From Tubiluchus corallicola (taxonomy: Eukaryota; Animalia; Priapulida), in assembly GCA_030141605.1 (NCBI GenBank), contig JAQGDQ010000122.1, forward strand, positions 186,001 through 250,000: DNA of 64,000 nt, in the 5' to 3' direction. Position 1 is the first letter of the stretch. Every line of letters begins with the position of its first letter. Positions 13,301 to 40,762 of the stretch are shown one piece after another. The notes under the pieces are model-generated. The model had not been told where the DNA came from and did not search any database. It was given only the letters and a program-made list of their open reading frames with translations. Made by a program: the position numbers and the translations under genes.

Positions 13301-13774
13301 CCCTTATAGGGTCACTGGGGGGTAAAAATTACCCCCAGACCGGTTTTTTGCATTTTACCCTTTTACCATACGCATCCCAGTAAACTTTTTCTATGACTTT
13401 TTCTAAATACGTTTGGTGCACAAAATACTTTCAGTTATTTATTTTAGGCGCATTGTCTCACCACGAAATAAAAGTGTAAATGCAATATGTCAGTTTTTTA
13501 AAATTGTCGAAACTTTACTTCGCTTGTATGTTATACATTATACGGGCAATGTATCTGATAAAACAAAATGTCAATTACTCAAATCACTCCACCTAAAAGA
13601 AGAAAGTAGTAGACAATAAATTCAAAATAACAATGATTTTTGCACAATGTATCCCACAAATTATGCTGTTGCTGTTTACTAATGAAACACGGCGGTTTAT
13701 CAAAAGTAATTTACGAATTATGGTGGGGATAATTTTTAACCCCCCCCCCCGGTTACCAAAATCGGTTATAAGGG
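13301..13774. mobile_element. piggyBac-like MITE
   Basis: Ends CCCTTATA / TATAAGGG|TTAA with subterminal ggggggtaaaaattaccccc-type palindromes at both ends; left TTAA is not preserved. Confidence 0.55.
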
Positions 13775-14230
13775 TTAACTGAATTACTGTTCAATGGCCG
13801 ATTATATAAGTTTATACATAACAATCTCGATTAAATTTCATTAATCTATTAATTACCCATCACTACTATCTGTTCTAAATTTAACAACAATTCTAGGTTC
13901 TTCTTTCTGCGAGCAATGTGCAGTATCTCGCAAATGTAATTTCGCAAAAAAATGTGTAGCGTGACTAAAAATAGCTCAAAATCTCTATAAGCCACAGCTG
14001 ACTTCGACAAAAACTTGGATGAGTTACAACAAGTAAGTTCCTAAATTCATGTGATAATCAGTTTACTTCGTATTTATGTTACGTCTATATTAACTTAAAA
14101 ATTAGCCTTCGGTCAATGAACAGTTTTGGATGTTGAAGTGAAAAACTAATAAGCCTTTTCGCAGTTTCACTATGCGCACGCGCAGTTGCTGCAGGTCAAA
14201 GGTTAAGTGTACCACAGCAATGCGTCTGAA

Positions 14231-14663
14231 CCCTTTCAGTCCCAAATTATTTTTTAATAAGAAAAAATTTTTTGGCTCGGTACTTTTGTTCCCAATGTAT
14301 CCTGTGGGATACACAACATTCTTTGTCATATGCAAAAAAAAACAAAGTCCGATTTTTTTAAAAACACAACAAAAGCAAAAAATCTGCTTCATTTCGCAAC
14401 TGCTGATAATTTTTTAAAGTATTTAAGACATTTAGCATGCATGCTATGCTGATCTGTACAAAGTCGTCTCTTAAGTACCGTACCTTGCACAGTTTTTTGT
14501 GCTATGTAGATTTTTTTTTAGTTTGCCATTTTATCACTATTTTTAGTCTATTGTTATTGGCTTAAATCAAAATAACTATTAACAGGTCAGACAACTGTCA
14601 GTTTTAAAATTTTATTAATTTTAAAGGCAAAAAATATTCTCGTATCCCACGGGATACAAAAGG
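14231..14663 (+). mobile_element. piggyBac-type MITE
   Basis: tgaa|CCCTTT...AAAAGG|TTAA, internal gtatcc(c/t)..gggatac palindromes, homologous to 1-189. Confidence 0.7.
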
Positions 14664-15112
14664 TTAACTGCAACCGTCACGTGACATGTGGGTAAAGCAG
14701 TTGTCTGCCGCATCAGTTCAGCAAATTGAGTTGCTTTATGCGGACTTTACTTAATTATGCATTAGTCTGTGCAGAGTACTTTACTAGGAGGATCTTGCTT
14801 GCGAATACAAAAAAATGAACTAGGTAAGGTCCTGGCTAGCTCTTAAAACTGTTAGTATTACCATAGAATGGGCTGGTTCACTTATCTTTTGGCCTTTTCA
14901 TGATCATTATAAATTTCTGGAACTGTAAAAGGGCTTATTCTAACTCATCAACTCCTTATAAAAAAATGGTAAATCTTGGTAAAAAAAATCACAAAAATCA
15001 CAAAAAGCATAGTAGGGCATCATAATTGTAATCATAATGTAGAGATTGTCATGCAAACCGACAACTGATCAATTCAAATACCAAACCTGAAGGAAAGAAA
15101 ATGTGGAAAAAA

Positions 15113-15215
15113 TGGACACAACCTGGATTTGAAGCAGTGACCTTCGACTTACAAGGCTAGGTAAGATCGGCTAGGTAAGGTAAGGCTAAGTAAAGCAAAT
15201 GCCTCAGACCACTAT
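15113..15215 (-). mobile_element. tRNA-derived SINE head (reverse)
   Basis: Reverse complement tagtggtctgaggcatttgc...ttgtaagtcgaaggtcactgcttcaaatccaggttgtgtcc; interrupted by ggctaggtaag repeats. Confidence 0.55.
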
Positions 15216-15274
15216 AACAATTATTCCCTGATCAAGGTAGTCCGAAGTTCATCCCGTATTTTTTCACTGGGCAA

Positions 15275-15350
15275 TATGGTGATCTAGTAATCTGAGGCGT
15301 CTGTATTGTAAACAGAAGGTATCTGGTTCAAATCCAGACTGTATTCCAAT
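15275..15350 (+). mobile_element. tRNA-derived SINE head (forward)
   Basis: tagtaatctgaggcgtctgtattgtaaacagaaggtatctggttcaaatccagactg with A- and B-box-like motifs; no clean acceptor stem. Confidence 0.55.
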
Positions 15351-17006
15351 AATTTCAACTTTTTCACATTTCTTGTCTTTCATATCAGTGCATGTACACT
15401 GGATTTGAAGAGACGTGAAATGATAAAACGGTATTGACTGATCGAAGCTTTTCGGTAATGGGGACTATAAAATAAAAAAGTTTGTTCTATACAGATGTGA
15501 CGACCGAAGCCGTCTATGGTGATGCGCTACTAATAATTGATTGACTTATTTTCTATTAATGTATTTTTGATGAGAATCCGAAATGTATCGCTATTATTGT
15601 TATGACATTGATTGCCATTATTGTTGATACGTTTTATTAGACTTGTGATTTTTGTTGCCAGTTGATTTTTTTTGTAACATTAGATGGAAGCACTTTACAG
15701 GCTTGAGTGACCAGAGCCTGGGTCACATGACCAAATTTACCTACCTGGCCAGGTATTGGCCTAGTTTCGTGGTCTATCTGGTTTTGTAGCTCAAAGTAAA
15801 AAGAGCAAATTTTGTTGATAGCATGTTGCCAGTTTTGAACATGTGTGTATGCCTCGAAAGTGAAAGCCACCTCATGGGCAATTTGGTTATTAGTTAGACT
15901 TAGAGTGGCCTTGGAAAGAAACTTGTTTATTTACGTAACCTCCGATTGTGTTTCTTGATGGTAATACCAGTGGAAGCCATCCAGGATAGAACACCTCTGT
16001 TGTTTCTCGTACGGAACGCTGGTCATTAAACTCTTCCTCTTAGGGAGACTGAGTTCCAGTTTGGTTGCTTAATGTCCTTATGCAGTGCAGTAAGGTCTAG
16101 AGGAGTCAAGTGTCATTTGTTGGAGACATAGGAGCTGATTGGCAGACGTTTTTGGCAGACGTGTCCTGGCAGCCATATTGGATACGTGGTAGGAAACTTG
16201 GTACGATTCGTGATTGGAAACGTGGAAACGTGGTATTCGGGCGAATACGTGGTAGAAGCATTGCTGATGGTATCCATCTCTCTGGACAGTTATGCTGGGC
16301 CCAGCCATCGTAAAGATGAGTAAAAAAAATGTTAAATTTTAATTAGATTTATCCAGTTGACTATTATTGCATTATTATCACGTTAACTAGTATTGCGTTT
16401 CGAAGTGTTTGTTTACAAAAGAACTTTATACGCCGGCATTAATTAGTTATTTTTTTTCCTACGAGAATCGAAAATAATTAAATATCCTCTTTATTATTAT
16501 TATTATTAAAAATCCTGTTGTTTGGGTAATTGTATTCCTAGAGAATTAAGGTAAAAACCTAAAGCATTGTTCACACTGTCATACACGGACTCATGTGCTA
16601 ATTTTTACTATATTTTGGTCAATCAAGGTATAACTCGTGACAGCGGGACTGCTTGGCAAAACATCCTAACAACAATTTAACATTTACTTAGACACGCTGT
16701 CACAACAGAATAGTTTAGAACTTTGGCAAGGTAGCATTCTATTGCAATCGTAGAATGTTATGTCGTTTTTTCTGTTGAATTTTTAATGTTGTAACATGCT
16801 GTACGCTAATTGTAATCTCACATACATAATTGCATTTGCACAAATATAAGTCCTAGCACAATACTCTGCCATTGTGCATAAAGACAAAAGCACTGAGCAA
16901 TTTCAAATGAAAAAAAATCATTTAAATTTGAGCCTAACGTTTATAGAATGTAACTTAAATACTATAAACTAATGGGTAACTGTTCACTTGTTATTGTCCT
17001 TAACAT

Positions 17007-30516
<13,510 letters not shown>

Positions 30517-30994
30517 CTAAAAATAAAAACTGAGTATTCAACCTTACTGCCATCTTTCTAACTACCAAACATAGCTAACGTTAAAGTAGTTTCTAGATCT
30601 GATTTTTTGATGTGATGTCAGCTGTTGCAAAAATACGGGCTAGATAGTAAATATCTTCTGCTTACATAATGACAAAAAATAGCAACATTGTCCTGCAGTG
30701 TTCAGGTATTCAATGTGCTTAAGTATACAAAAATAAATAAAAAACTGGAATAAAAAGTAGTCAAGTTATATTACCGTATTTTAATAAAAATGGGATGAGC
30801 TATTAAGTTACTGAGTGCTTCTTTTGCACTAAAAACTTTCGAGAAAATTACAGACAGAGTTCAGATTATCAGGATTAGCAAAATTTGTAGCTAAACTATA
30901 TACAATCATTAATCGAACTTTATCCACTTATTTGAGAACGCGTCATTTTCCGTGGATCTCAGAAGTAGTGAAAGGTTCTGAGTGGAATGTCCGT

Positions 30995-31100
30995 GGATGG
31001 ACGGATGGATGGATAGATGGACTGATGGATGGATGGATGGATGGATGGATGGATGGATGGATGGATGGATGGATGGATGGATGGGTGGGTGGGTGGGTTG
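30995..31100. repeat. (GGAT)n microsatellite
   Basis: Read directly. Confidence 0.95.
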
Positions 31101-31392
31101 GGTCTATGGAAAGATACAAGCAGAAAGACACGGAGCATTAGAATGTTTTTTTAGCGCTATCGCTTATCGTGATAAAATTGCTAGTGCTCACTGAAGATAA
31201 ATGAGCTGTAAAAACATAATTGCAGCCAAATTAATGATAAGTTGTTACCAAACTGGCTCTAAAAAAGAAATGCAGAATTTGCACCAGGAAGAATTTCAAC
31301 GATTTGATCACTAGAGGAGTTCCTATCACTATTATGTGATATGTACTAAACAAAATTTAGACTGTGACGTAGCATAAGCAATTCATACTTAC

Positions 31393-31480
31393 CTTTGATG
31401 TGGTTAAGCACTCCCCTCTGCAATTATGCGCGCAATAAATCGCAGATGATGTCGCAGTTGTTTTGAACACAAAATTCAAA
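31393..31480 (-). other. Candidate non-coding 5' exon of the precursor gene
   Basis: Strong donor AAAG|GTAAGT at 31393; the coding exon starts with an acceptor directly before the ATG, so an upstream UTR exon is needed. The 5' boundary is approximate. Confidence 0.45.
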
Positions 31481-34400
31481 ATTCAAAACATCATAACGAC
31501 TCTGCACACCTTTCTTTATCGCACCAACAGGCACCAAATTCAGACTGTCCACTCAACAGATGCTGATTTTAGATTGTTACCTTGGCTTAAGCGGTTCATA
31601 AGTTTTCAGAATTGTTCAGCAGCAGCCGGACCAGATTATCACGCAGGTAGATAATCTCTGACAGGTAGAAATGCATTGAGCCGAATCTGTCAGGGCAGCA
31701 CTTTTACCAAACCAGGAATTAATCACTATACTAACTTCTGTATCTAAAAACGCGGTATAAAATACCTAAATGCGTTTTAAAACTAATACAATATTTTTGA
31801 CAAAAAATGAGCAAAAAATATTCACCGTTGTGTCAGAAAATCTACGCGAATGTAAATGCAGCAGTCTGTTCCTACCGTCCCAAGACTAAAATAGCCTAAA
31901 GGTGCGTTAAACTACTTATTAAACACTGGCGGCTAAAGAAAGAAAAAAAGACTAGTTTAAACAGATTAGCTACTAAAAGAGGGCTTGGCGTTTAGATTAG
32001 CTAATTATGACAGAAATAGGCTTACAGTAGACTGTAATAGCAGAGAAAACTGGAATTACAGTAGAGTAACAGATAAAATGCGCAAAAAACATCCGTGTTT
32101 CAAATAAAATGAATACTTGGAAAAATAAAGAGGCTTTATCATGTCAATAAGATTATGAAACCTCAATTTTCACTTCAAGTTTTTTACGCCTTCTTGCTTT
32201 TCATGGTAATCTCTATTGTTGTTGTTGTTGTTATGTTGGTATTGTTTTAATATACATACTATCATACCGTCTACAACACGATGTTTTATATCAGTCAACT
32301 AATACACTACTAGTTACAACAACAAATATGAATCATAATAGAAATTAGCTCTTGTTTTTCAAGAAAATTCTTCTTACCTTGTATTGTTTTGTGACAAGTG
32401 AACACACTGTAATTTCCGCTTCATCTATGCAATAAAATTATGCTAAATGTTTAAGTTATTATTGTATCTATAAAATATTAACTGCAAATTGTAGTCAATT
32501 TGAAAAAAAAACAGAAAAAATAGCTTGTCTGGCAAAGTAATTTAGTAAAGCTTGCTAATCTCAAACGTAAATCAATGAATAAAATAACTGCTGATGTGAA
32601 AAACGAATTGTTAAAATAAAAATAATAGCCAGCACCCACTTAAGCAAAGATATGGCCTTTACTCAGACACAAACATACGTTTCGACATAGTTAAAGTCAT
32701 GTTCACACAACAATCTACCTAAAAACAGTGTAAAAATACTTAAATCGACGTTGAGACGACAGTGATTATCATAATGTTGATTTTGTATATGATATATTTT
32801 ATATATCATCTATATATTAACTGTATTTTTTATTTAGACGAATGAATTATATCAACCAAATGATTTCTGTAGTATGTTATCTTTATGGCGCTTGTAAAAG
32901 TCTCACATGGCAAAAATTTCTTAACTACTGCGCGACGCATTGTATTTCACAATTTATAAAATACTGTAGTCAAAATTTGCGCGCAAACGACACTTCTTCT
33001 GTTTGTGCTCCTCTGCAGGTTGAACGTAGATCAATTGATGTAAGTCATGCAACGTACTGGAAAAGCTATACTTTTGAGTAGTAGAGGTTAGCTCAAATGC
33101 AGGAGTACGTGTGTTTGTTTACTGAATCTTCATTACGTACGTATAAACAAACAAGACAAATTTAATCAACAGTGAAAGAAACATTTGCTAGAGACAAAAT
33201 CCCCTTACAAAGCAATTATTGTGGCTCGAACGTACAGAACAATTAATAATGAATTCATAGAAGTATGAAAAATAGTTGTCACTTAACAGTATTACATAAA
33301 GTAGTATTAATAACTCTTTTCACAATTATCTCTAGGTTTCGTTTAGGCAATGAACTATTCCTAGTTTGAAATGCTGATTCCAGAAAAGCTACAATAATAT
33401 TGCATAATAAATAATTACTCATTATAAAGACATATTTATCATTACATTTAATTTAGCAAAAGATGAACTAACACGAAGGTTTATAAACGCTGTTTGCCAG
33501 TAACTCTTTTCTACTTTACTTGTTTTCCAGGAAAAGATTTAATCCCGGGGCGTCACGTTGATCCGATACAGCCTACACGAAGTCATTGAGTGTTTGAGAA
33601 TATGATGCGCAGAAAAATTCGTTGAAACTTTTTGAGTTAATAATAACATTTTTTCCTGTTTCAATTATACTTATAAAAATGTTTTTTATAGAAGAGAAAA
33701 GACTAGTTGTAATGCCTATGACTTAATCATGTCTCTTTATCAATTTCATAAACGATTTTCATTAAAATTTATACAATCTATACTTACTTTTTTCTCTTTT
33801 TTGCATTCGACCCTCAAATACAGTGGGCGTCGCAGTAGAACTAATTTACATTTTAATCCTTGAATAATATTACAAAACAACCATTAAAAAGTTAGTACGT
33901 TAGTATCTTGAATGTATAGGCTCAGAACATAGGCCCAGGTTCATAGGCCACACTAAGCTCAAGTTTTTTCCAGCATACCGGTAAGTTACGCATGCTACAG
34001 CAACCTATAACTCAGGCACCCCATCTTTAGTGCAGGCCTAATCCTAATTCAACTAACAGTTAGGCCTACGTACAATACATTGTGGTGTAAATTCATAATA
34101 ATATAAGTAGCAAGTAGTAAGTCAGTAAGCAATTACTTACATACTTGTTGTGGTGTAAATTCATAATAATATAAGTAAGTAAGTAATTAAGTTAGTAATT
34201 AGTTACTTACTTACTTATTGTGGTGTAGGTTCATAATATAATATTAATTATACCGTTATAAATAAATAAATAAATAACATTTTCCTTGATTTTCGTGGAG
34301 TGATCGGCGGTGTATTTGAAGTATAGATTGCCTGTTGTTAGCAGAACTAAATTACAGGTACTGAACTTTTATCTTTCCGCTTGTTATAAAACACCATGGC

Positions 34401-35899
34401 TGATCATTTATAACGATATTTGATACGTTTAAGCGCCAAGAGCTTGAACTCAAGGTTGTAGATATATTGTAATAAACGCTAACCCCTAGGGCCAGAAAGG
34501 CCTTGAATATTTATAGCCTATAGTGTTAACAGCAGGCTATGTTGTGTAAATGAATGGAAAATGAAGAGACATTAATGGTCCCTTCGTGTGCTGCCAAACG
34601 TAACTTGTTGACGTTTTGTTGTTTAGTTAATTGTTGTTTTGTAAACTAACGTGCTTACCCGCAGGGGCGGTAAAAACTGCCAGACGATTTTGGCTGCATG
34701 GTTTACCTAATTGCAGTAATCCTGTCTCTTTATATGGAAAACAGTATCACTGTTTATATTCACGTTTAGATTTGTAGAGAACGCAAAAAACTAGTCCGGA
34801 ATGCGAAGCTTTGATTTGCTGAGTTTTTCTGCAGTCTATTTAGAACGCTTTTTATTGTTGTCATGCAATCCTTTTTTCGTGATTTTATCAACTAGAACGC
34901 TATCTATCCATTGCCAGGAATTATTGTTTTGGTCAAGTCTTGTGCCGCTCCTTCAAAACTCGTGACTGCCTTTCAGTCGTTTGGTTTACTAATCTGCTTT
35001 TAGGATGCGGTATTCAAACTGAGGCCTCTCTCCCACCGAAAGCTCTGGTTTGAACTGTCCATGAGGTACTATAACTACCCCGGCGGCGAAAACCCGACGG
35101 CAGAACAAAATTTATCCCTATAAATCAGACGTTTATAGGGACCTGAAATAAAAAAAGACATTGCCAAATGAGGACGACCTATAGTGTGCTAAGTGCGACA
35201 CAGCACCGCCTGTCTTGCAGTCGAAATTCAAAAAAAATGAGGCAATACACCAAGGACACCAGGAAGTCCATCATCAGTTCATCACCCACATGAGGGCAGC
35301 ACCTTACTCAATAAGACTAAGCAGCAGCGGACCTGTGATCACAATCCTAACTGTTCTGCACCTTGTCCAGTGCAACAACTGTTTTCTTGTACCACTCGTT
35401 ACCCGGTAGAGTAGGGACTTTGAAATGCTTTCTTTCAGAACGGAAATAAGATGATCAATGGTGAAAGTAAGGCATGGGTAGCGCAATTCGGATTCCATTC
35501 CTCATAGCTATAAGTCACTCGTTAATATTAGTGCTATCAATGTGCCGCCTTTCCTTCCTTGGTCTGAAAATAGTGTCTACTCATAATCTTCTACCAACGC
35601 TACCAATAATCCACTGTTATTTTTACAATTTCGTACGTTAGAAAGCGTAAAACTATCACTCTTTGTCAGAAGCATTGTCTGAACAGCACATCGGGCAAAA
35701 GATAACTTGGTAGTAAGACATTTATAAAGCAGAAATGATCAAAAAACAGAAAATTGAAGTGCAAAAAGAAAACAGTCCAGTGTGAAATGTCGGTGATGTC
35801 ACGCTAAAACGTTTGCACTATGTAATATTTTTCTTCTATAAAATATAGTGCATTCAAGTAAATGTGGACAAAGCTATGACTTGAGCTTAACATTACAAA

Positions 35900-37388
35900 A
35901 TGCTTCAGTGATTACCCCAGTATTCAAAAATTATTATCATGCCTCTAATCTCTCTTTTGTTACCATGCTGATAGAGAAAGCAACAGCTAATCAGCTAACT
36001 TCTTATCTGTACTCTTTATGGAATCTGCATATCGTGCTTATCATAGCAATGAAACTGCATTATTGAAAGTCCAAACTGATGTTTTAAGTTAAATTGACAA
36101 AGGACTAGCCATTGTACTGGTAATGTTGGATTTGTCAGTCGGATTTGACACTGTTGCCCATGCAGTGCTATCACATAACCGCCATGGCACTTCATTTAAT
36201 TAGGTCTTCTTTGTTTGCTAGAAAACAGTCAGTCAGTATTGAAGGGTCCTGGTCTCCTGAAGTGATTTAAAAGTGGGGTATCCCGCTAGGTTCTGTTTTG
36301 GGCCCTATGCTTTTTTCCATTTACACGGTACCACTTTGTGATATTCTTAGGTCCCATTTTTATGCAGATGACACTCAGTTATACCTTGCAATAGAAACCA
36401 GCAATTCAGGTGATAGTAACTCATTCTGGAAATTCGGGAACTCATCACGGGAAATTCTGGAAAACTGTGTGTTGTGTGTGTGTGTGTGTGTGTGTCTGAA
36501 ATTCGTGTTTGGATATCAAATAATTTTCTAAAACTATTATTAAATCATGACAAAAAGGATGTTATTATTATTTTTAGCACTCGGCATCAAATTTCGCAAA
36601 TTAGTCAAATCTCCATTTTGGTTGGCAATAATCATATCGAGATATCTAGTAGTGTTAGGAACCTTGGCGTTATTATGGACGATTGTCTATCAATGGCCTT
36701 TCAGTGTTTGTTTGTAAATCTTCATATTTTTATCTGCGAAATATATCAAAAATTAGAACATTTCACATGAAAGATGCTTGTGAAACCCTAATGCATGCTT
36801 TTGTTAGTTCCCCACTGGATCACTGCAGTAGTTTATTATATGGTCTTCTTGCCTACCAAACTAAAGGGCTTCTACATGTACACAATTCAGCTGCTAGGTT
36901 AATCACTCACTGTTGAAAATTTGACCATATCACTCGTTGTACTTGTTGCCTACTGTGTACAGAATTAAATTTAAAATATATTTGATAACTGGAAAACAAT
37001 CAGTGGTCTGACTCCCACTAACATATCAGACGTTCTTAAACTATATGTTTCTCGCAGAGCATTAAGATCCAGCTCAAACAAATGCAATCCTCAAGTCTCA
37101 GTCCCATTATGCCTGATTAAGTTGCTTAATAATTTAAAAGAAAGTCTGAACCTTACTATTTTAATGAAGCCTTCTGTGGTTGAGCTAAAATTGCATTTTT
37201 TACGATTGTAAATTTTATGGCATTGCTTTTATTGTTTTAATTAATTTTCCGCGTTTTTATTATTAATCAATGTACCTTAATCAATCAATGTGCCATAGTC
37301 TTTTATATCTTATGAATAAATAAGATTGTCAATCTTTTATTGGTTATATGCATTTGATTATGTAAAATGCATCAAAAATATTCAAGAA

Positions 37389-37432
<44 letters not shown>
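35900..37432 (+). mobile_element. Degenerate L2-type LINE (RT domain to tail)
   Basis: SAYRAYHSNETALLKV…[69 protein letters not shown]; (ATT)n tail at 37390-37432; many stops and frameshifts. Confidence 0.92.
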
Positions 37433-37435
<3 letters not shown>

Positions 37436-37937
37436 GGCTGGTATACGTGGTTTTCATGGCTCAAAGCGGATTTCAAAAAAAGCTAACTGGTGCAATATTG
37501 CAGTGTATGATAATCATCCTGTAGGACATGATAACATGAATTGGCTAAAAAGGGTTTATTAGATTTAACAGCAACCAATAGCTAAATTATATGTTCATCG
37601 AAGGCATGTTTTAGCAGTTTAACATGAATTGGAATTATTGGACAGATAATGTGCCTAATAAGCACATAACTGCTTTTTGGCTATCAGGTATTACAAATGT
37701 ACAGCTAAAAGTAATTGTTCGAATAAAGTAGTGCGTAATGTGGCAAACAATGCTTCGAGTTCGTCAATCATACATAGTTTTGCGCTCTCGTCTCAGCAAA
37801 AATCTTGCATGGCGCAGATGTCGTAAATTTATAAGTTTTCAGTAAATCTGTAAAAATTTTGATTTAACAAGCACAGTTACCACTTTATTCGTTTTATTTA
37901 ACTCCCATTGCGATAAGCAAATACATTAGATCGCAAA

Positions 37938-39572
37938 ATGTATATGCAAAATGATGATTACAGCATCGAAGGGCCGTACGATCAGTATACATATGGCGGT
38001 GATCAGTACGACGGGGGATTTCACACCGGTGATCCTAGACAAGATTTGGAGTATGAGCGTCAGTATCAGTCAAGCTACATGGTTCCTGATACCATCCGCA
38101 GTTTTGTGCTGTATTTTCAGAAGGTAGTCCAAGATGGAAATCTTTTTGAAATTAGTAATGCTTACGAAAACAGTTTCCCAAAGTTGAGTGATCGGTTTTT
38201 TAAGACTTCACCTTGGCCTGAATCAGAATACATTGCACCAATTGTAGGAGATGATCACCTGTTTTTGATTCTATACAAGGAATTGTATTATCGTCATATT
38301 TATGCAAAAATTCAGGGTGGACCGAGCTTAGATCAGCGTTTTGAGTCTTACTACAATTATTGCAATCTCTTCAACTACATATTAAGCTCAGACATTCCTT
38401 TGCCATTAGAGCTGCCAAACCAGTGGCTATGGGACATTATTGATGAATTTATTTATCAATTTCAATCGTTTATTCAGTATCGCGCAAAACTGACGAAGAA
38501 GTCTGAAGATGAAGTAGACTCATTACGAAGAAATACAAAGATATGGAATGTGCACAGCGTACTAAACGTTCTTCATTCTCTGATTGATAAATCTAGCATT
38601 AATCGACAGCTGGAAGTTTACACAAGCGGCGGTGACCCGGACAGTGTTGCCGGGGAATTTGGTCGTCATTCACTATACAAAATGTTGGGTTATTTCTCCC
38701 TAATTGGATTACTGCGATTGCATTCGCTTCTTGGCGATTATTACCAAGCTATAAAAGCCTTAGAAAATATTGAACTGAACAAGCAGAACATGTATTCACG
38801 AGTGCCAGCATGTCAGATTACTACATATTATTACGTTGGATTTGCGTATATGATGATGAGACGGTACCAGGATGCTATTCGCACGTTTGCAAATGTGTTG
38901 CTGTACATACAGCGCACAAAGCAAATGAACACACAGCGCAGTACGGCACAGTATGACCAGGTGTCCAAACAAAACGAGCAAATGTATCACCTTTTGGCCG
39001 TATGCCTCGTCCTGCATCCTATGCGAATTGATGAAAGCGTTCATTCCTTACTCAGAGAAAAACTGGCGGACAAAATTCTCCGTATGCAGAAGGGCGACAT
39101 GAATGAATTCGAGCAGTGCTTCTCGTTTGCATCTCCAAAGTTCTTGTCGCCCGCGCCACCGAACTACGATGCAGCCCCAGCCAATTACCATAAGGAACCG
39201 CATGTTCAGCAGTTGAAAGTATTTATTGATGAGGTCCAGCAACAGTATCTACTAGCTACCATAAGAAGTTACTTGAAGCTGTACACCACTATGCCGATAT
39301 CTAAACTGGCGGCATTCCTCGACATGGGAGAAGACGATCTACGCACGTACCTCCTCTGCTTCAAACATAAGATGAAGAATGTGGTGTGGACGAAAGGAAC
39401 TGGCGGTTTAGAGGGCGAATTTCAGTCAGCATCAGAGGTCGACTTCTACATTGACAAAAACATGATTCATATTGCCGACACAAAAGTTGCTCGTCGTTAC
39501 GGAGATTTCTTTGTTCGTCAGATACTGAAGTTCGAAGAATTGAACCGCAATTTAGCAATGCTTCCTCAGTGA
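37938..39572 (+). CDS. EIF3L: Eukaryotic translation initiation factor 3 subunit L (intronless CDS)
   Basis: 544-aa intact ORF with eIF3L hallmarks [84 protein letters not shown]; AATAAA at 39725-39730. Confidence 0.98.
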   Translation: MYMQNDDYSIEGPYDQYTYGGDQYDGGFHTGDPRQDLEYERQYQSSYMVPDTIRSFVLYFQKVVQDGNLFEISNAYENSFPKLSDRFFKTSPWPESEYIAPIVGDDHLFLILYKELYYRHIYAKIQGGPSLDQRFESYYNYCNLFNYILSSDIPLPLELPNQWLWDIIDEFIYQFQSFIQYRAKLTKKSEDEVDSLRRNTKIWNVHSVLNVLHSLIDKSSINRQLEVYTSGGDPDSVAGEFGRHSLYKMLGYFSLIGLLRLHSLLGDYYQAIKALENIELNKQNMYSRVPACQITTYYYVGFAYMMMRRYQDAIRTFANVLLYIQRTKQMNTQRSTAQYDQVSKQNEQMYHLLAVCLVLHPMRIDESVHSLLREKLADKILRMQKGDMNEFEQCFSFASPKFLSPAPPNYDAAPANYHKEPHVQQLKVFIDEVQQQYLLATIRSYLKLYTTMPISKLAAFLDMGEDDLRTYLLCFKHKMKNVVWTKGTGGLEGEFQSASEVDFYIDKNMIHIADTKVARRYGDFFVRQILKFEELNRNLAMLPQ

Positions 39573-40407
39573 TCCTGACATTAACCATCAGTTTTAAGTT
39601 CATGAAGTTTTTATGGGAATGTTTCCCACAGGCCTACATGTCATTGCTTACGCCAGGTAAAACACACCTGAGACTAAAACACTCAATATTGGAGTTGGCA
39701 CATAAACGTTTAAATTTGATACAAAATAAAGCATTTTATGGAGTATTTTTGTAATAATGCTGTTTTTGTGTGAGTGAAACTTTATCGCGTTTCTTGTTTT
39801 TAAAATCGTTGAGAATGATTTTTGTATTTAAATGGTGTTCTCTTCATTATTTGTCTTGATGTTTTGACTGCACAAAAGTTGACATGAACGAGCAGTTATT
39901 ATAGCAAGGTACATTAACATAGACATGCAAATATAGTTTTCATAAGTAATGTTTGAAAGCAGGTATTCTATAGAATGTCAATCATTTTACGGAATGCCAA
40001 AACAAACCAGGTAAAAAAACCACTAAAATAATTTCTATACTTTTCTGAAGCATTATATATAATAAAACAATTTGTTTAGGCTAAGTGTGTAATTCTCAAA
40101 TTTGGAATAGTTTTCCTAGAGATTTTACATCATCCAGTTTTATTTTGGGAAATGTATGAATGAGCAATGTTTCAATGTACTTGCAAATTTATGCGACAGT
40201 AGCATTACATGTAAACATGCTCTACACCATTTGCCCATTTCAAAGTGCTGCCATGCAATTTTTTTATAGTATCCTGCAGAAAGTTCATTTGTTTATCAAA
40301 AAACCTGTATCCTTTAAATTTTTAATAGGTGAACAATTTTAAGCCTAGCTTTCAATATGGGTCTCTTCTAAAGTTAATGTTAAATGACATTTGTAGTCTT
40401 TTGTTCA

Positions 40408-40762
40408 CAGTGGCATGCAGAGGTTCGGTGACGCCCCGGGCTAACTCCTTGATTGTATGCCCCTAAGACTCAAGTAGGGGACCTATAGGGCCTAGAATTG
40501 AGAAAGGAAGACATTAATCATAAACACCGGTCCGATTTATTAACTTCTGTTCCCCAAATGAGATCTTCTGTCAGAAAGCACTTTAAACAACTTGGAAAGA
40601 TATTTAACAGGTTTTCTTCAACCAATTTTAAGACAGACGTGCATTTATTAAACTTATTTGCTGTTGTTACATGAGTATTTATGTAATTAATCTTAGTCCA
40701 AGTTTTTCAAATTTCAAAAACTTAGTGATCTCCACTGCCTGAAACCCTTCTGCATGCTACTG
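40408..40762. mobile_element. hAT-type MITE
   Basis: TIRs CAGTGGCATGCAGA / TCTGCATGCTACTG; 8-bp TSD TTTGTTCA / TTTGTTCG. Confidence 0.85.

Noticed and set aside
13897-15540. Scattered plus-strand splice-like sites suggesting a spliced lncRNA
   Set aside because: No coherent ORF; such motifs are frequent by chance in AT-rich DNA.
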